Source: Dictyostelium discoideum
Taxonomy: Eukaryota
Length of the DNA: 64,000 nt
Direction: 5' to 3'
Assembly: GCA_000004695.1 (NCBI GenBank)
Contig: CM000153.2
Coordinates: 4,608,001-4,672,000, forward strand
The notes below the pieces were generated by a model. The model ran no database searches, was not told the DNA's origin, and was given only the letters and a program-made list of their open reading frames with translations. Below, piece after piece: positions 16,034 through 29,482 of this stretch (its first letter is position 1; each line of letters begins with the position of its first letter). The position numbers were made by a program, and so were the translations under genes.

Positions 16034-19000
16034 AGTTGATATAGATGTGTTATCTAAAGAAGATGTTGATAATGATAATGGTGTCATATCACTAATAATT
16101 GATGAATTTGATAAACTATTGATTTCATTATTATTTGGTGTTGATGTAGCTGTTTTATTCTTTTTAAATTCTAAAACTTTTTGAATTACAGGTGTAGCAA
16201 ATTCAAGAATTGATGAAATGAAATTCAATGAAACTGTAATTTGAAATTGTCTAAGAGTTAAATTTAATTCTGAATCGAATGGATGAATATTTTCTTTTGA
16301 TTGAATTGGCATACGTTTAAATAAACTATTCCCACTACCATTACTAGTATTATTATTATTATTACTATTATTACTATTATTATTATCATTATTATTATCA
16401 TTATTATTATTTGATAATGTTGAAAAATTAACTTCTAAAGTATTTATAACAGAATTATCTTTTAATGATAAAATCTGTTCATATTGATTTGGATCTTGAA
16501 TAATTTTATCAATTGGAATTGTAAAAGATAATTGATGTAATTGATTAAAGAATAAATAGATTTTACCAATTGATATTATACTTTGTTTATAACCATCAAA
16601 CCCAATATCAGATTTAAATTTAGTATCTTTAATATAAAATAATGAACCAATCTCTTCAATATAGAATCTAACTGAATCAATTTTTAAATTTAATTTCAAT
16701 TTCATTCTACCATTACTACCACCATAATTCAATTTATTAATTGGTGCTTCTTCTATTGGTAATATCTCCTCCACTTGATTAATTTGTTGATTTGGTAATT
16801 TATTTACTAATCTATTTAAATTTGAATTTGATTGTTGTTGTTGTTGTTGTTGCTGTTGTTGCTGTTGTTGTTGAGAAGATGGAATAAACTTTTTAAATGG
16901 TGAAGTTGTTGATTTTCTTAGTGGTGACATTAATGATAATTTTGGTGATGGTGGCTTACTATTTATAGATTTTTGTAGTTCTTCATCTTGTTGTTGTTCT
17001 TGTTCTTGTTGTTGTTCTTGTTTAATTTTTAAATTTAAAAATTCAGATTTAGTTGAATTAATAATAAGCATTAAATTTGAAACTCTATCCATTAAGAACA
17101 TGATATCATTTTGATTAATTTTAAAAACCACATCACATAAATTAACATCCAATACTAATCTTGGTGGTGGTAATACACCAATACCATTTTGATTATCTTT
17201 CCAAACTAGAATACTTGTCATTTCAACATTTAATCTTAAATTATTTAAAACTAAATTCTCTTTAAATCTATTATTGTTGAATTGAATAGTTTTTAAATTT
17301 ACATTTGATAAATTAAAATGAAATAATGATAAAGTTTGATTTGAAATGAATTCATTATTAATTTTTAATAAACCTAAATCAATAATAAATTGATTCCTAG
17401 ATAATTGATTCTCTGGTATAATTAAAAGTGGTGCTTCCATTCTTGCATTAATTTTAATACCTTTTTTCTTTTTATATTTTTCCATATTACTACCATCATT
17501 AATAGTAGTTGTTGTAGTTAATTCTTTATTAGTTTTCTTTTGCTGTTTAATTAAACCAGGTATAAATTGGAATAAATCTAAAATGAAATCTTTTAAAACA
17601 TTTAAAAAGTTTGGTAAAAGTGAAATTTGAAATCTATTTATATCAGCATCTAATAATACTAATGGCAATGCAATTTTACTAATACGTTCATATTTAAAAG
17701 TTAAAAGTAAATTTGAATCATCATAATTTGATAAAACTTTGTTATATAAATTGGTATTGAAATCATTTACAAGGTCATATAATTCAAATCCGTCTACAAA
17801 GAAATCTAAAATTAATCTGTTTGGTAATTTAGTGATTTCAAGATCAACTTCTTTCATATCGAATCTACTAATTATTTCTTCTTTATATTGTTGATTGTTT
17901 TGTTGAGTAGCCACAGTATTTGTTGTAGTATTAATTAATTTTGGTAACATTAATATTGATTTTATACCTTTAACAGAAATATAAATTAAAACTTTATTCA
18001 CAGTGAATCTCGATGGTGGTCTTCTCATTCTTTGTTCTTCTAATTGACGTTGAACTGATTGAGTTACCTTTCTATTCACAACGACAATCATTTGAATGAT
18101 TTCAATTATATTACCAGTAATTTGCGGTATTAAATTACAATAAGATGTTGATAAATTAATTTTAATATCTGATAATTTTTCATATGTTGGTACAAGTTGT
18201 TTATTATGAAAAATTGTACCATAAATAATTGGTTTCTTTTCTTGTTCTTCTTCTTCTTGTTCATCATCTTCAGTATTACCTTCGTTTTGTTCATTTTCTT
18301 CTTTTCTCTTATTTTTAAAATATTTTGGAGATTTAAATTTATTAAAATTTGAAGAGATGACAATATCATCATCAGTATATGATGGATGACCATTTGTACC
18401 TCCTCTTTGATTTTCATTTGTACATTTATAAATATTACAATCATTGAATGCATAATCACCAATTACAGTTGTATCTCTTTGATTACTTTTCTCAACTTTT
18501 AAATTACTAACCAATTGATCCGATTTAATATGAAGTATTGGTTCTACATCAATAGTTGATAAATTAAATAAATTTGTAACAATTATATTTATATCATCAA
18601 ATACAACATGACTTGAAAATACAATTTCACGTTTTCTTATAATTTCATTTTCTTTTCCTATTCCTATTCCTGTTGATTCTGTTAAATTATTAACCATTGT
18701 AGATAAATTTGAATTTGATGTTGATAGCCATTGTCTTTTAGATTTTGATGGTGAATCTGTATTATTATTATTACTACTATTACCATTTTCAATATCTATA
18801 TGATTATTTTGTAAAGTTGATGGTTTATTATTTAAAGAATTAAAAGTTGGTGAAGTTGTTGAATTTGATCTAATTTTAAATTGAAATGATGAAATGAAAG
18901 CTTCTTCAACTCTTTGAATTTCAGACATTAATTGAAATACGAATAAACGAATTTGATAAAATGAAAATGGTGAGAAATAAAATCTAACAAATGGAAAATT

Positions 19001-22000
19001 AACATTCATTATAACTTTTGGATTTTCATAATCTGGTTGATCAGATTTTCTCTTTTTCATATGTACAATTAATGAAGTTTCAAATAGTATTTTATCCATT
19101 TCAGTACGTTGATTACAATAAGTTTCAATTTTATTATCCTCTTTAAATGATGGATGATGTTTTCCAAACTTCAATGTTGTTGTTGAACCAGTAAGTGTTG
19201 GTGGTTTAGTTAAAATTGATTTAATATTCATTGTTGAAATTTGAAAATTTTGATATTCAACATTTGATGATGATGATGGTATTGGTAAACTTGGTGAGAA
19301 ATTACCATCATTAACACCAATTGGTGAAGATGGTAACATTTCTAATGAAATTTTACCAAGATCTAAAATTGCAACTGTATTCTCTGAAAATGAAATACCT
19401 TGTTGTTTCTTTGGTTTATTTGTTGTTGATGTTTCTTCAGTTGGTTTTGGAGGTGGTGGTTGTGATGACGATGATGATGATGATGATTGATTATTATAAT
19501 TTTCAGCAGATGAAATTGGTATGATTACAGTTGGTGATTGAGCTATAATTGATAAAGTTACTTTATTTCTTGAGAGTGGCCTTTTTTTACCAGAACTAAA
19601 ACCTGATAAATCTATAGTATGATTTGGTGTGATTAATTGTAAATACCTTAAAATTGCTGCACTATTTAAAACGAAAAACATTGGTTTAACATCAATTAAA
19701 ATTGTAATATTCTTTGGTGTTGATTGAGGTTTCTTTTTACTACCACTACCATTACCATTGGTTGTAATAATTGTTTGTAATGGTGATGTTGTACCACTAC
19801 CACCTCCACCAACACCAACACCAACACCACTACTACTATCTAAAATTGGACTCATTTTCATTTGAAATGATAACCAATTTTCAGAGATTGTTGAAGATGA
19901 AATCATATCGGGGAATTGTTCATTTTGAACCCAAAGACCTGATAATTTAATTGATTTAATTAAAGAATCTAAATTCATTACATCTGCTTTCTTATATAAT
20001 GAAAATGATATATTACTAATATCACCATAAATTAATGTTGCTTGCTTATTTAATTCTTTCTCTGGTTCATCACTTAATAATTTAACATGAATAGTTTTGA
20101 TTTGAAAATTCATTATTAATTCTTTTTCAATTCTCTTTGGTTGTATAGGTTTAGAAATTAACATTGGTGATAATGAATTATTTGATGGTGATGTCGCTAA
20201 TATATTTGGTGACGATGATGAATTATTATTACTATTATTGGTGGTGGTTGAATTTGATGTTGGTGATACATAACCAATTGTATCATAAAATTGTTGTTTT
20301 AATAACTCTTTTGAAGGTTTTTCTAATGATTGTAATGAATCTGATGAATCGGATTTCGTTATTAATTGTTGTGGTTCAACTTCAAATTCTATACCTTTAA
20401 TTTTATTCTTTTTAGAGTCTTTTGATTTACTCTTTCCTTTTTCTTCTTTTTTCTTTTTCTTTTCCTCTAATTTTAATTTTTCTTTTTCTTTTTTCTTTTC
20501 TTTTTCTTTTTCCTTTTCTTTATCCTTCTCTTTCTCTTTATTTTTATCTTTAGTTGGTGTATTATTACTACTATTACTACTACCAATGCTACTGCTACTA
20601 CTATTAATATCATCTTTTTTATCATCTTTTTTATCATCTTTTTTATTAAGTTTTATAGTTGCATTCTTTTTTAAAATACTTTCAAATGCACTTTTATTAT
20701 TTTGAGTTTTTTCTTCCTAAAATTATTTAAAGGAATTAGTATACAGATAAAATGAATAAATTTTAAGTTTTAAAAAAATATATATATTAAATAAGTAAAT
20801 ATTTACCTTAATATCATTTACAAATTCACTAATATTTTCTAAAATACTTAAAAGTGAAGAATATTGCTGTGGTTCTAAACATAATCCAATTTCTTCAATG
20901 ATTGATTCAATTTCAATTTTATTTATACTTTGAATTGAACCTGCTGATTGATGTAACTTTAAGCAAAGATTCGCTGATAGTGGATCTAAAAACATATGAT
21001 GAGATAGGGTATTTTTACTAGTTGGTATAGAATCTCTTAATGCTTGACATAAATCTTTAGTTGGTAAATTTTTCATTGGTTCTTGATCATGATTTATGTA
21101 AATTGATAAATCTGATAATTTAGCTAATTTATTTAAAATTGATGACGATGATGATGATGATGTAGTATTGTTGTTGTTGTTGTTGTTGTTGTTATTGCTT
21201 GAAGTTGTTGAAGTTGGCATAGTGTCAATAAAAATTGGGTTCCAAGATTCGTCAGTTGATTGTACAAATAATTTATCTAAACATAATCCAATTGCTATAT
21301 TTCTATTATTTTTACGTTCTTCAATTCTAATATGCACTTTTTCAATAACAACTTGTAAATTATTTATAATTTTCGTTATTAATTTCTCTTTAAATCCATC
21401 TTTTTTCTTTTTACCATTTACTTCAACATTTAGTTCATTTAATGATTCTTCATCGAATTCTATATCGTTTTGACTATCTATATTATTATTATTTTTATTT
21501 TTATCGTTACTATTATTAATGCCATTATTATTGGTTGTAGTATTGGTACTTTTTAAATCACCATTACTATTTTCTTTTTTCGGTTTTTTTTTATCTAATT
21601 TTAAAAATTTTAAAAATTTCTCTGATGATGAGTCATATAATTGTGAAGCAGTTGATGTTGTATTTGATGATGACGATGATGAATCATTATTATTATTATT
21701 ATTATTATTACTACTACTATTGTCATCATCTGAATGATAAGATGAATCATCATCACTACTTGAATAATTTGATGAAACATTTGTTGATGATGATGATGCT
21801 AAAATATAAATATCTTGAAGATGAACTACGACTGATTCTGATTTTAATGATGTCCATGGTACTTTTATTGTTAATTTACCAACTATACCTCTATCAATTG
21901 ATAGAGGTAAATCAAAGGCTTTGAATGCTTCAGGTTTAACTTCTATGTTTTTCAATACTACATTTCCATTTAATACACCAATCTTTAATTGTTTTTTACC

Positions 22001-22066
22001 AACTTCTTGTAAAAATGATCCTAAAAATCTATCAATCACTTCTGCTACTACACTTTCAAATACCAT
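8198..22066 (-). CDS. VPS13-family bridge-like lipid transfer protein (chorein N-terminus to C-terminal ATG2_C/PH-like region). Two exons: 22066-20807 and 20716-8198, total about 4592 aa.
   Basis: The N-terminal exon begins MVFESVVAEVIDRFLGSFLQEVGKKQLKIGVLNGNVVLKNIEVKPEAFKAFDLPLSIDRGIVGKLTIKVPW, the canonical VPS13 chorein_N start. The C-terminal region includes the VPS13 adaptor-binding repeat (SYRIESIEPGESKPFHWPNRHGEKLIQIKF), the amphipathic ATG2_C-like region (GILLEVVGVSFGLDRTPL...FYEPALGL...) and a terminal PH-like domain. The ORF-track ORFs 20723-22066(-) and 8198-20164(-) join across a 90-nt GTAAAT...TTTTAG intron in phase 0. Exon 2 upstream of the first ATG is open and encodes EEKTQNNKSAFESILKK.... 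Confidence 0.85.
20717..20806 (-). other. Intron of the VPS13-family gene (90 nt, GTAAAT...TTTTAG on the minus strand).
   Basis: The donor immediately follows ...VNDIK. The intron contains TAA/TAG stops and is very AT-rich. The acceptor AG sits at 20718-20717. The frame is preserved and the chorein domain continues. Confidence 0.7.
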
Positions 22067-22600
22067 TTTTTTTTTTTACCTTTTTTTACCTTTTTTTTCT
22101 TTTTTTTTTTTTTTTTTTTTTTTTCGTTTTTTCTTTTTTTTTTTAATTTTTAATTTGTAAAAATAAAATAAATAAATAAATAAATAAATAAATAAATTAT
22201 ATTTGCTTAACCTTTTTTTAAAAAAATAAAAAAAAAAAATATATATATTTTTACAATTATTACTATACAAAAATATTATTACAAAATTTATATGTTTTAC
22301 TTTTTTTAAATAAATATTTTATTTTATTTTTATTTTATATCTTATTAAATTAGATAAATATATTCATTCATCTATGAAAATATTGATAGATATAATTATC
22401 CTTTTGACAACACACAACAAACACTGGTTTTAAATTGAAACTTTTTTTATTTTTTTTTTCATTTTTTTTTTTTTTTTTTTTTTTTATTTTTAAAAATTTT
22501 TTTTTTTTTTTTTTTTTTTTTATTAATTGCTGACGCAAAATTACGCAATAAAATTTTTTTCGGGATGTAAAAACATTCTCCAGTATTGAATAATCCGATT

Positions 22601-22634
<34 letters not shown>

Positions 22635-23059
22635 TTTGAATTTAGTTGTTAATTTTTTAAAAAAGGTAAGAGTTTTTTAAGGTTGGGATTAGTAATTAAT
22701 TTGGAAAATTGAATTTTGTAAAGATCTTTTTTTTTTTTTTAATAATAATAATAATAAATCAAAATCCATATTACCCTGGTAATGAAAGAATTAAAAAATT
22801 ATTAGGATCAAGAAATGTTGAACAAATATACAAATAGAAAATATTTTTAAATTTTAAAAAACCTGATTTATTTCTTTATTTTTTGGATATTTACCCACAA
22901 TCGGATTGATCAATTTTCAATATTTTCAAAAAAATAAAAAAAAAATAAAAAATTTAAAAATAGAATAAAAAATATTAAAAACAGATAAAATTTTTTAAAT
23001 TAAATATACATAAATTAATTTTTATTAATTGTTGACACTAAAATTAGTTTTGTTGGATT

Positions 23060-23095
<36 letters not shown>

Positions 23096-23119
23096 TAATA
23101 GATAATACAGATATGGACT

Positions 23120-24211
23120 CTATTCACAATAAATATTTGTATAATATAAAGTTTTAGAAGAAGATGACGATAATAAAAATATAGATGGCTTGACTGTGAT
23201 TGATTCTGATTTAAAATAAGCACCATTTCCACCACTTCTGTAAAATAGATTTCCATTAAAATGACCACGACCACTTGAAACAATACCAGTACCAATACTA
23301 CCAGTATTGCCACTATCACCATCATCACCACTAGTTACACCGGTACTACCACTACCACCAGTACCTGTACCACCAGTATCAATACCACCAGTATTCATAG
23401 AAGAACTACCAGAACTACCACCTTCATCACCACCATCACCACCAGAACTACTATGACCACCAGTTGAAACTACTGAACTACCAATACCTGGATTACCAGT
23501 TGAAACTACAGAACCTGAACTTCCGCCATTAGTTGATGGAAATTCTTCAGATGAACTATTAAAGAATGGTAAAGTTTCTAAACATACTAAACTTTTTGCA
23601 ATTGGTGGAAAACATGAACCGTCACTTCCTGGTGGACAAAATTGGGTGAATGGTAAACCAGTCTTTTCATCACAGAAGAATGTTATTAAATTGGCTCTAC
23701 TTCCATAGGCAATTTGGGTATCGTTCATAATATATTGAGCTAATAATACTTGATCATCATCACAACTTTCACTCATGAATGTTGTGACGTACGAGTTGGA
23801 TTGGAATGATGGTTGATCGGATTTCATGACCAAATAATATAATGGTTGCGATGAAATTGGGTTTAAGTATAAATTGAATGTGAAATCTGCTGGTATGCAA
23901 TCACCGATTTCAGCTTGTTGCGATGGTTGTTCAATTGGTACCAAACAATCAATTGCTCCTTGAACATCATAAAAATTTTTCCAAACTACCATATCTCCTA
24001 TAACTTGAACGATATGACTAGTTGCATTATCCAATGTAAAACATGTATCAATAACAATTGCATATCCAACACCTTCACTACTTACATCACCTGAACATTG
24101 GTCACTACTATATGGTATGAAATTTATATATTCATATCCATTTATAAAATTTATTAATAATAATAATAATAATTTACTAAAAACTATTGATTTAATAAAA
24201 TTTAATTTCAT
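23120..24211 (-). CDS. Secreted protein with an N-terminal signal peptide, a Cys-containing domain and a C-terminal Gly/Ser/Thr-rich low-complexity region. The 3' exon structure is uncertain.
   Basis: A 363-aa ORF with signal-like MKLNFIKSIVFSKLLLLLLINFING. It has multiple Cys in the first 200 aa, then GSSGS/GTGTGG repeats. I recognise no family. Confidence 0.45.
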   Translation of the reverse strand: MKLNFIKSIVFSKLLLLLLINFINGYEYINFIPYSSDQCSGDVSSEGVGYAIVIDTCFTLDNATSHIVQVIGDMVVWKNFYDVQGAIDCLVPIEQPSQQAEIGDCIPADFTFNLYLNPISSQPLYYLVMKSDQPSFQSNSYVTTFMSESCDDDQVLLAQYIMNDTQIAYGSRANLITFFCDEKTGLPFTQFCPPGSDGSCFPPIAKSLVCLETLPFFNSSSEEFPSTNGGSSGSVVSTGNPGIGSSVVSTGGHSSSGGDGGDEGGSSGSSSMNTGGIDTGGTGTGGSGSTGVTSGDDGDSGNTGSIGTGIVSSGRGHFNGNLFYRSGGNGAYFKSESITVKPSIFLLSSSSSKTLYYTNIYCE

Positions 24212-24253
24212 TTAAATAAAGAAATAAAAAATATTTTTAATTATAATTCAATG

Positions 24254-24290
<37 letters not shown>

Positions 24291-24308
24291 CACAATGGTG
24301 TGAAAAAG

Positions 24309-24339
<31 letters not shown>

Positions 24340-24634
24340 AAAAAAAAAATCTCATGAATATGAGTTGTCAATTAAAAAAAAAAAAAACTAAAGATTTTTT
24401 GTGTAACTCAAAAAAATAATTATTTTTTTGATTTTTTATTTTTTTTTTTTTTTTTTTCTACTAAATTATTTTTTTTTTTTATTAAAATGAGTTTAAAAAA
24501 ATCGTTTCAATAAGTTCGGAAATAAAAAATAAAAATTATTTTATTTTTTATTTAATTTTTTATATTTTTTTTTTATTTATTTTTTAATACCCAGAAATGT
24601 AAAAAGCGCGGGATAATTTTTTTTATAAAACCCC

Positions 24635-24665
<31 letters not shown>

Positions 24666-24776
24666 TTATGTTTTTAATTTATAAAATTTGAAGATTATTA
24701 CTTTTTTTTTTTTATGACAATTTAATTTATCTATTCATTAATCATATAAGAATAAATAAATAAATTAAATAAAAAA

Positions 24777-26262
24777 ATGGATTTTACAATACCAATGACT
24801 AAAGAAGATAATACACCAACATCTGATTCTTCTTTATTAATTTCAAATCCTTCAAATAAAAATAATAATGATGATAATAATCACGAAACCAATGATCATC
24901 AACAGTACCATCACCACCATCATCACCATAATAATAATAATAATAAAAAGAAACCACCATTAGAAGAACCACTATCATCGACTAGGATTGAATCAACTAT
25001 TGAATATCCTCCATCAACTATTTTTGATAATAATAGTAATTTAAATAGTAATATAATTAATAGCGCATTTAGTAGTAGTACAGCATCAACTGTTAGTGGC
25101 GGTAAAAGTGACCTATCAGGTACAATCGATTCAACATTAGATATTACTACTAATAATAATAATAATAAAAGTATTAATAATGAAGAAGATGATGATGAAT
25201 CCACATTACCAGAGCAACAACAACAACCACCACCACAACAAAAAAAAGATTCACCAACTAAACAACAACAACATCATTTGGATGACGCTAACAATGTTCT
25301 TACATTGATTCCAAATTTAATAACACCAAAGAAAATTGTAAAAAATATTTCAAATAAATTAATTGAACCAAATTTATCAGATGAAGAAAATGATAGTGAA
25401 AATGAAATTGAAAACAAAGAAAAAGATCAAACAAATGGTGATAACGATAATGATAAAACACTTGATGACATTCAAGTTGAAGTACCAGAGGATTTGCTAA
25501 AAGAAAAACAACAACATCCCCTCCAAAAAGAAACAATAAAAAAAGATCAAACAAATGTTGATAATGACAATGATAAAACACTTGATGACATTAAAGTTGA
25601 AGAAACTGAGGATTTGCTAAAAGAAAAACAACAACAACAACAACAACACGCCCACCAAAAAGAAACAATAAAGAAAGATCAAAAAGATAATAATAAAGAA
25701 GAAGAAGAAAAAGAAGAGGAATTTATAATACAAAAGAAATCTGCTAGTGGCAATTCGAATTTCTATTCATATCATGAGTTAAACAATAGTAAAAGAAAAC
25801 AACCTGATAATACTAATAATGAAATTATTGAAAATAATGAAAATGATTCAGTAATAGATTCTGATTTTATTCAATCAAAGAAAATAAAACTCTCAACAAC
25901 TGATTCAACCGCCGCCACCAACACCAATACCACCACCACTACCACTACCACCACTACAACCGCAACAAAAATACCAAAAATACCAAAACAAACTAAAAAG
26001 ACTGGTGCAGGATCAACTAAGAAAATGTTAGGAGGCACTAAAAAAATTGAAGAGGAAATTAAAGGTCCATTGGATTTAGCTCAAAGACAATCACAAGATG
26101 AAAATGAAAATATTTTACCACCAAAACCAACAAATCGTAAAATATTAATAAATAATAACAACGATAATGTAGACGATAATCAAACTGAAAAATCAACGAA
26201 AAAATTAAAAAAATTAATTGAACCAGAATTCAATGATAGCGAAAATGAAACAACAAATAATA

Positions 26263-26313
<51 letters not shown>

Positions 26314-27500
26314 GTGATAATGATAATAATGATAATAATATTGATAGCGATGAAAGTAGTGAAATAGAAAATGAAAATGTTAAAAAGATTCAAAAAAAAA
26401 AATTAAAAGATAGAAAAAAAGAAAAAGTTATTCAACAAGCACCTGAAGAAATTATTGAACCAGATCATAATACAAGTGTTGAAATTGAATATATAAGCGC
26501 AAATGAAGATGATGGAAAAAAGACAAAACCAAAGAAATCAAAAACAACAAAATCAAAAACAAAAAAATCAAAAACAATCAAACCAAAAATTATTGAAAAT
26601 CAAGATGATGATGATGATGATGATGATGAATCTACAGATTTAGAACAAGATGATTCAAAACATGTAAATAAAAATGATAGTGATTATGAAGAAGAAGAGG
26701 AGGAAGAAAAAGTTAAAATTAAAAAAAATAAAAATAAAAATGATAGTGATTATGAAGAAGAAGAGCGAGAAGAAGAAGAAGAAGAAGAAGAAAAAGTTAA
26801 AATTAAAAAAAATCAAAAATCAAAAACCAAGAAAAATAAATTAAAAAAGAGTGAATTATTTAAAGGTTTCAATTTTATAGTTACAGGTATTCAAGAATCT
26901 GATGAAATTAGTGAAATGATAAGTAATGGTGGTGGTAAAATTCATTCATTGGCACAATTCTTTTCATTGGGTGGTAGTGCAAAATTGAAAAGATTTTGTA
27001 TTGCTGGTGATAGTCCAACTACAACTATCAAGTATATTAGATCAGTTATTGAGGGTGTACCATGTTTGAATTATGAATGGATAGTTGATTCAATTAAACA
27101 GGCGGAAATATTGGAGACCGATGATTACCTATTACCAATTGGCTACTCTGTATTAAGTAATAAGCCAATTGAATTTAACCAACAATTCAATTGTTGTGGA
27201 ATTTTCAATGATTTTCGTATTGAACTATTCACAACCAATAAAAAATCAACATTCAAAGACGATTGGTCTGTAATCTTAAAGAAATGTGGTGCTATCATAG
27301 TTCAACGTATGTTAAGTACAAGTTGTGGTAAAATTGATGCAATCTTAATCGAAGGTACTATGGGCTCTTATTTACTTCAACAAGTTTCCACAAATTTAAA
27401 TATTCCAATTTTATCAATCTTTTGGGTAATTCAATCAATACTTCATCAAAGAAAATTACCATTTGATGCTCATCCATCATTTTTAGTTAATTCAAATTAA
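24777..27500 (+). CDS. Tandem-BRCT domain protein with a long acidic/Asn-rich low-complexity N-terminal region and internal tandem sequence duplications.
   Basis: The C-terminal ELFKGFNFIVTGIQ...GGKIHS...KRFCIAGD...VPCLNYEWIVDSIKQAEILETDDYLLP fits the BRCT signature. A second BRCT-like block follows (FRIELFTT...AIIVQ...IDAILIEG...ILSIFWVIQSIL). His-run, poly-N and poly-E/D tracts are present. Confidence 0.6.
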
Positions 27501-27712
27501 TAATTTTAAAAAGAAATAAATAAAAAAAAAAAAAAAAGTATAAATAATTAATAATTAATAATTATTATTATTATTGTTATTTCTTTCTTTTTTTTTTTTT
27601 AAAACATTTTTATTTTTTTATTTTTTTTTGTTATACTTTTATTTTTTACTTTTTTTTTTTTTTTTTTTTATTATTATTAAATATTATTTGATTTTTTATT
27701 TTTTTTATTTAT

Positions 27713-28207
27713 TTATTTATCAACAACATCTCTTGTACCTAAAGCACTAAGGAAACCGATAGTAGCACCAACAACACCACCTAATGAACTTCTAACGATA
27801 CCTTTTGGTGCACTATAGAGTAAACCAACAGTAAAACCAGCAATGGTTGAACAAATGGTACCCTCTTCATGAATATCGTATGCACTGTATATTAAACGTT
27901 TAATCATACCAAATGTGAAAACAGTACTGGCTGTTGTATTGGCACCTCTTGATGTGATTGGGCCAGCAGTTGAAAGAATTGTATTGATTTTAGCTTTGAA
28001 ATTTTGTTTAGGTTTAACTTTTAATATACCTTGAAAAATACCAGCTATACCTGCTGAAAGACCTGCTCCTAAATATGAAACACCTGTAAATAATAACATA
28101 TTACTCTCTCTTTCATATTCATTTAATGTTGTAAATTCAACTCCTCTTGGTCTTTCTGCTGTAAATTGTCCATCTTCACTAATTGTTAAATCTTCTCTAT
28201 GTGACAT
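27713..28207 (-). CDS. Tim17/Tim22/Tim23-family mitochondrial inner-membrane preprotein translocase subunit. Tim23-like: hydrophilic N-terminus plus a 4-TM core.
   Basis: A 164-aa ORF with a hydrophilic 50-aa N-terminal segment followed by the Gly-zipper TM region characteristic of the Tim17 family (GAGLSAGIAGIFQGI..., GPITSRGANT..., GFTVGLLYSAPKG..., GGVVGATIGFLSALG). Confidence 0.6.
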   Translation of the reverse strand: MSHREDLTISEDGQFTAERPRGVEFTTLNEYERESNMLLFTGVSYLGAGLSAGIAGIFQGILKVKPKQNFKAKINTILSTAGPITSRGANTTASTVFTFGMIKRLIYSAYDIHEEGTICSTIAGFTVGLLYSAPKGIVRSSLGGVVGATIGFLSALGTRDVVDK

Positions 28208-29482
28208 TTTTCTATATATTCTATATTCTATATTTGTATATGTTTATGTTTTTATATGTTTGTATGTTTGTATGTGTATTGATATTTATTTTTTAATTTG
28301 AATTAATTCGATTTTTCTTTTTTTTTTTTTTTTTTTCAAATCTGGTGTTGATAAATAAATATGTATTTTTGGAGAAATTTTTTATAAAAATTTATAAATT
28401 TTATTTTATTTTATATAGTATATAGTATATAGTATAGTTTATTATAGTTATTATTTAATTAAAAATAATATTTAATTTAGGAAAATGAATTAATCAAGTA
28501 TAGTTGATGAATGTAACCAATTATATTGAAATGAAAAAAAAAAAAAAAATATTTTTAAAATTTTATTTTTTTTTTTTTTTTTTTTTTCGTTTTTTTTGAT
28601 AATGACCAAAATATTCGCATTCATATTTTATTTTTTTTTTAATTTTATTTTTTATTTTTATTTTTTTCATTTTTCTTTGATATTCAGAATGTTGGAGGGA
28701 ATCTTATTTTAATATTAATATATATTTTTTTCATATTGTTTATTATTTTTTCCTTTTTTTTTATATTTTTTATTTTTATTTTTATTTCCAATTTTTTTTG
28801 ACCAGTTTTTGTTTTTTGAGTGGTTTGATTTGTTTTGATTGGTTTTGGTTGGTTTTGATTGGTTTTGATTGGTTTTTTTTTTTTTTTTTTTATTAATATT
28901 GATAAATCAGTGTTTATCCATTAAAGGAAACTTTAAGATAAGAATTGGTTATAATTTAAATTTAAATTATCAAATAATTAATTTTAAAATAAAGTGTTAT
29001 TATTATTTTATTTTAAAACTAAATAAATCAAACAAATAAATCAAATAATAAAGTTGTAACTGAATAGATGAATTGGTGAGATGAATTTTATTACGTCGAG
29101 TTGGCCGGTGTAAAGATACTAGTTGTAGTAGTTCCTATTCGAATGTCTGCAATTATTGCTCTTCCTTCTATGAATATTGGTGTGAGATTTGTTGTGATTT
29201 AGGATACCTATTCCGTTTCCTCTATTTTTCACGCTAAACATGTACTCGTATTTCCCAATCCTTGATAGGTCCGTTGACTTTGTTTATCACGATTAGGTGT
29301 AATTGCAATCGAATTTATTATTGATTTGCAAGGATCTCATTATGGGAATCTTTTTTAAATTTTTTTTTTTTTTTTTTTTTAATATTGGATTAACAAGATT
29401 GATATATGTCCATCTGTGTTAATACGAGTTTTATTTAATATTTATTTAAAGGCTTATCATTTAAGCTGAAGGGTTATTTTAA

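Noticed and set aside
8555-19524. Plus-strand ORFs inside the VPS13 locus (8555-8857, 8622-8840, 9826-10167, 10833-11063, 14739-15026, 15834-16184, 19321-19524) and minus-strand ORFs 10402-10593 and 18130-18462
   Set aside because: They are antisense or alternative-frame to a well-supported giant CDS. Their content is low-complexity (poly-V/L/M from antisense of AAC/CAA runs), with no domain signatures.
22076-22270. Minus-strand ORF 22076-22270 (poly-Lys) and ORFs 21168-22160 on the plus strand
   Set aside because: This is the oligo(A/T) promoter region upstream of the VPS13 start, or antisense of the VPS13 exon 1 low-complexity tract.
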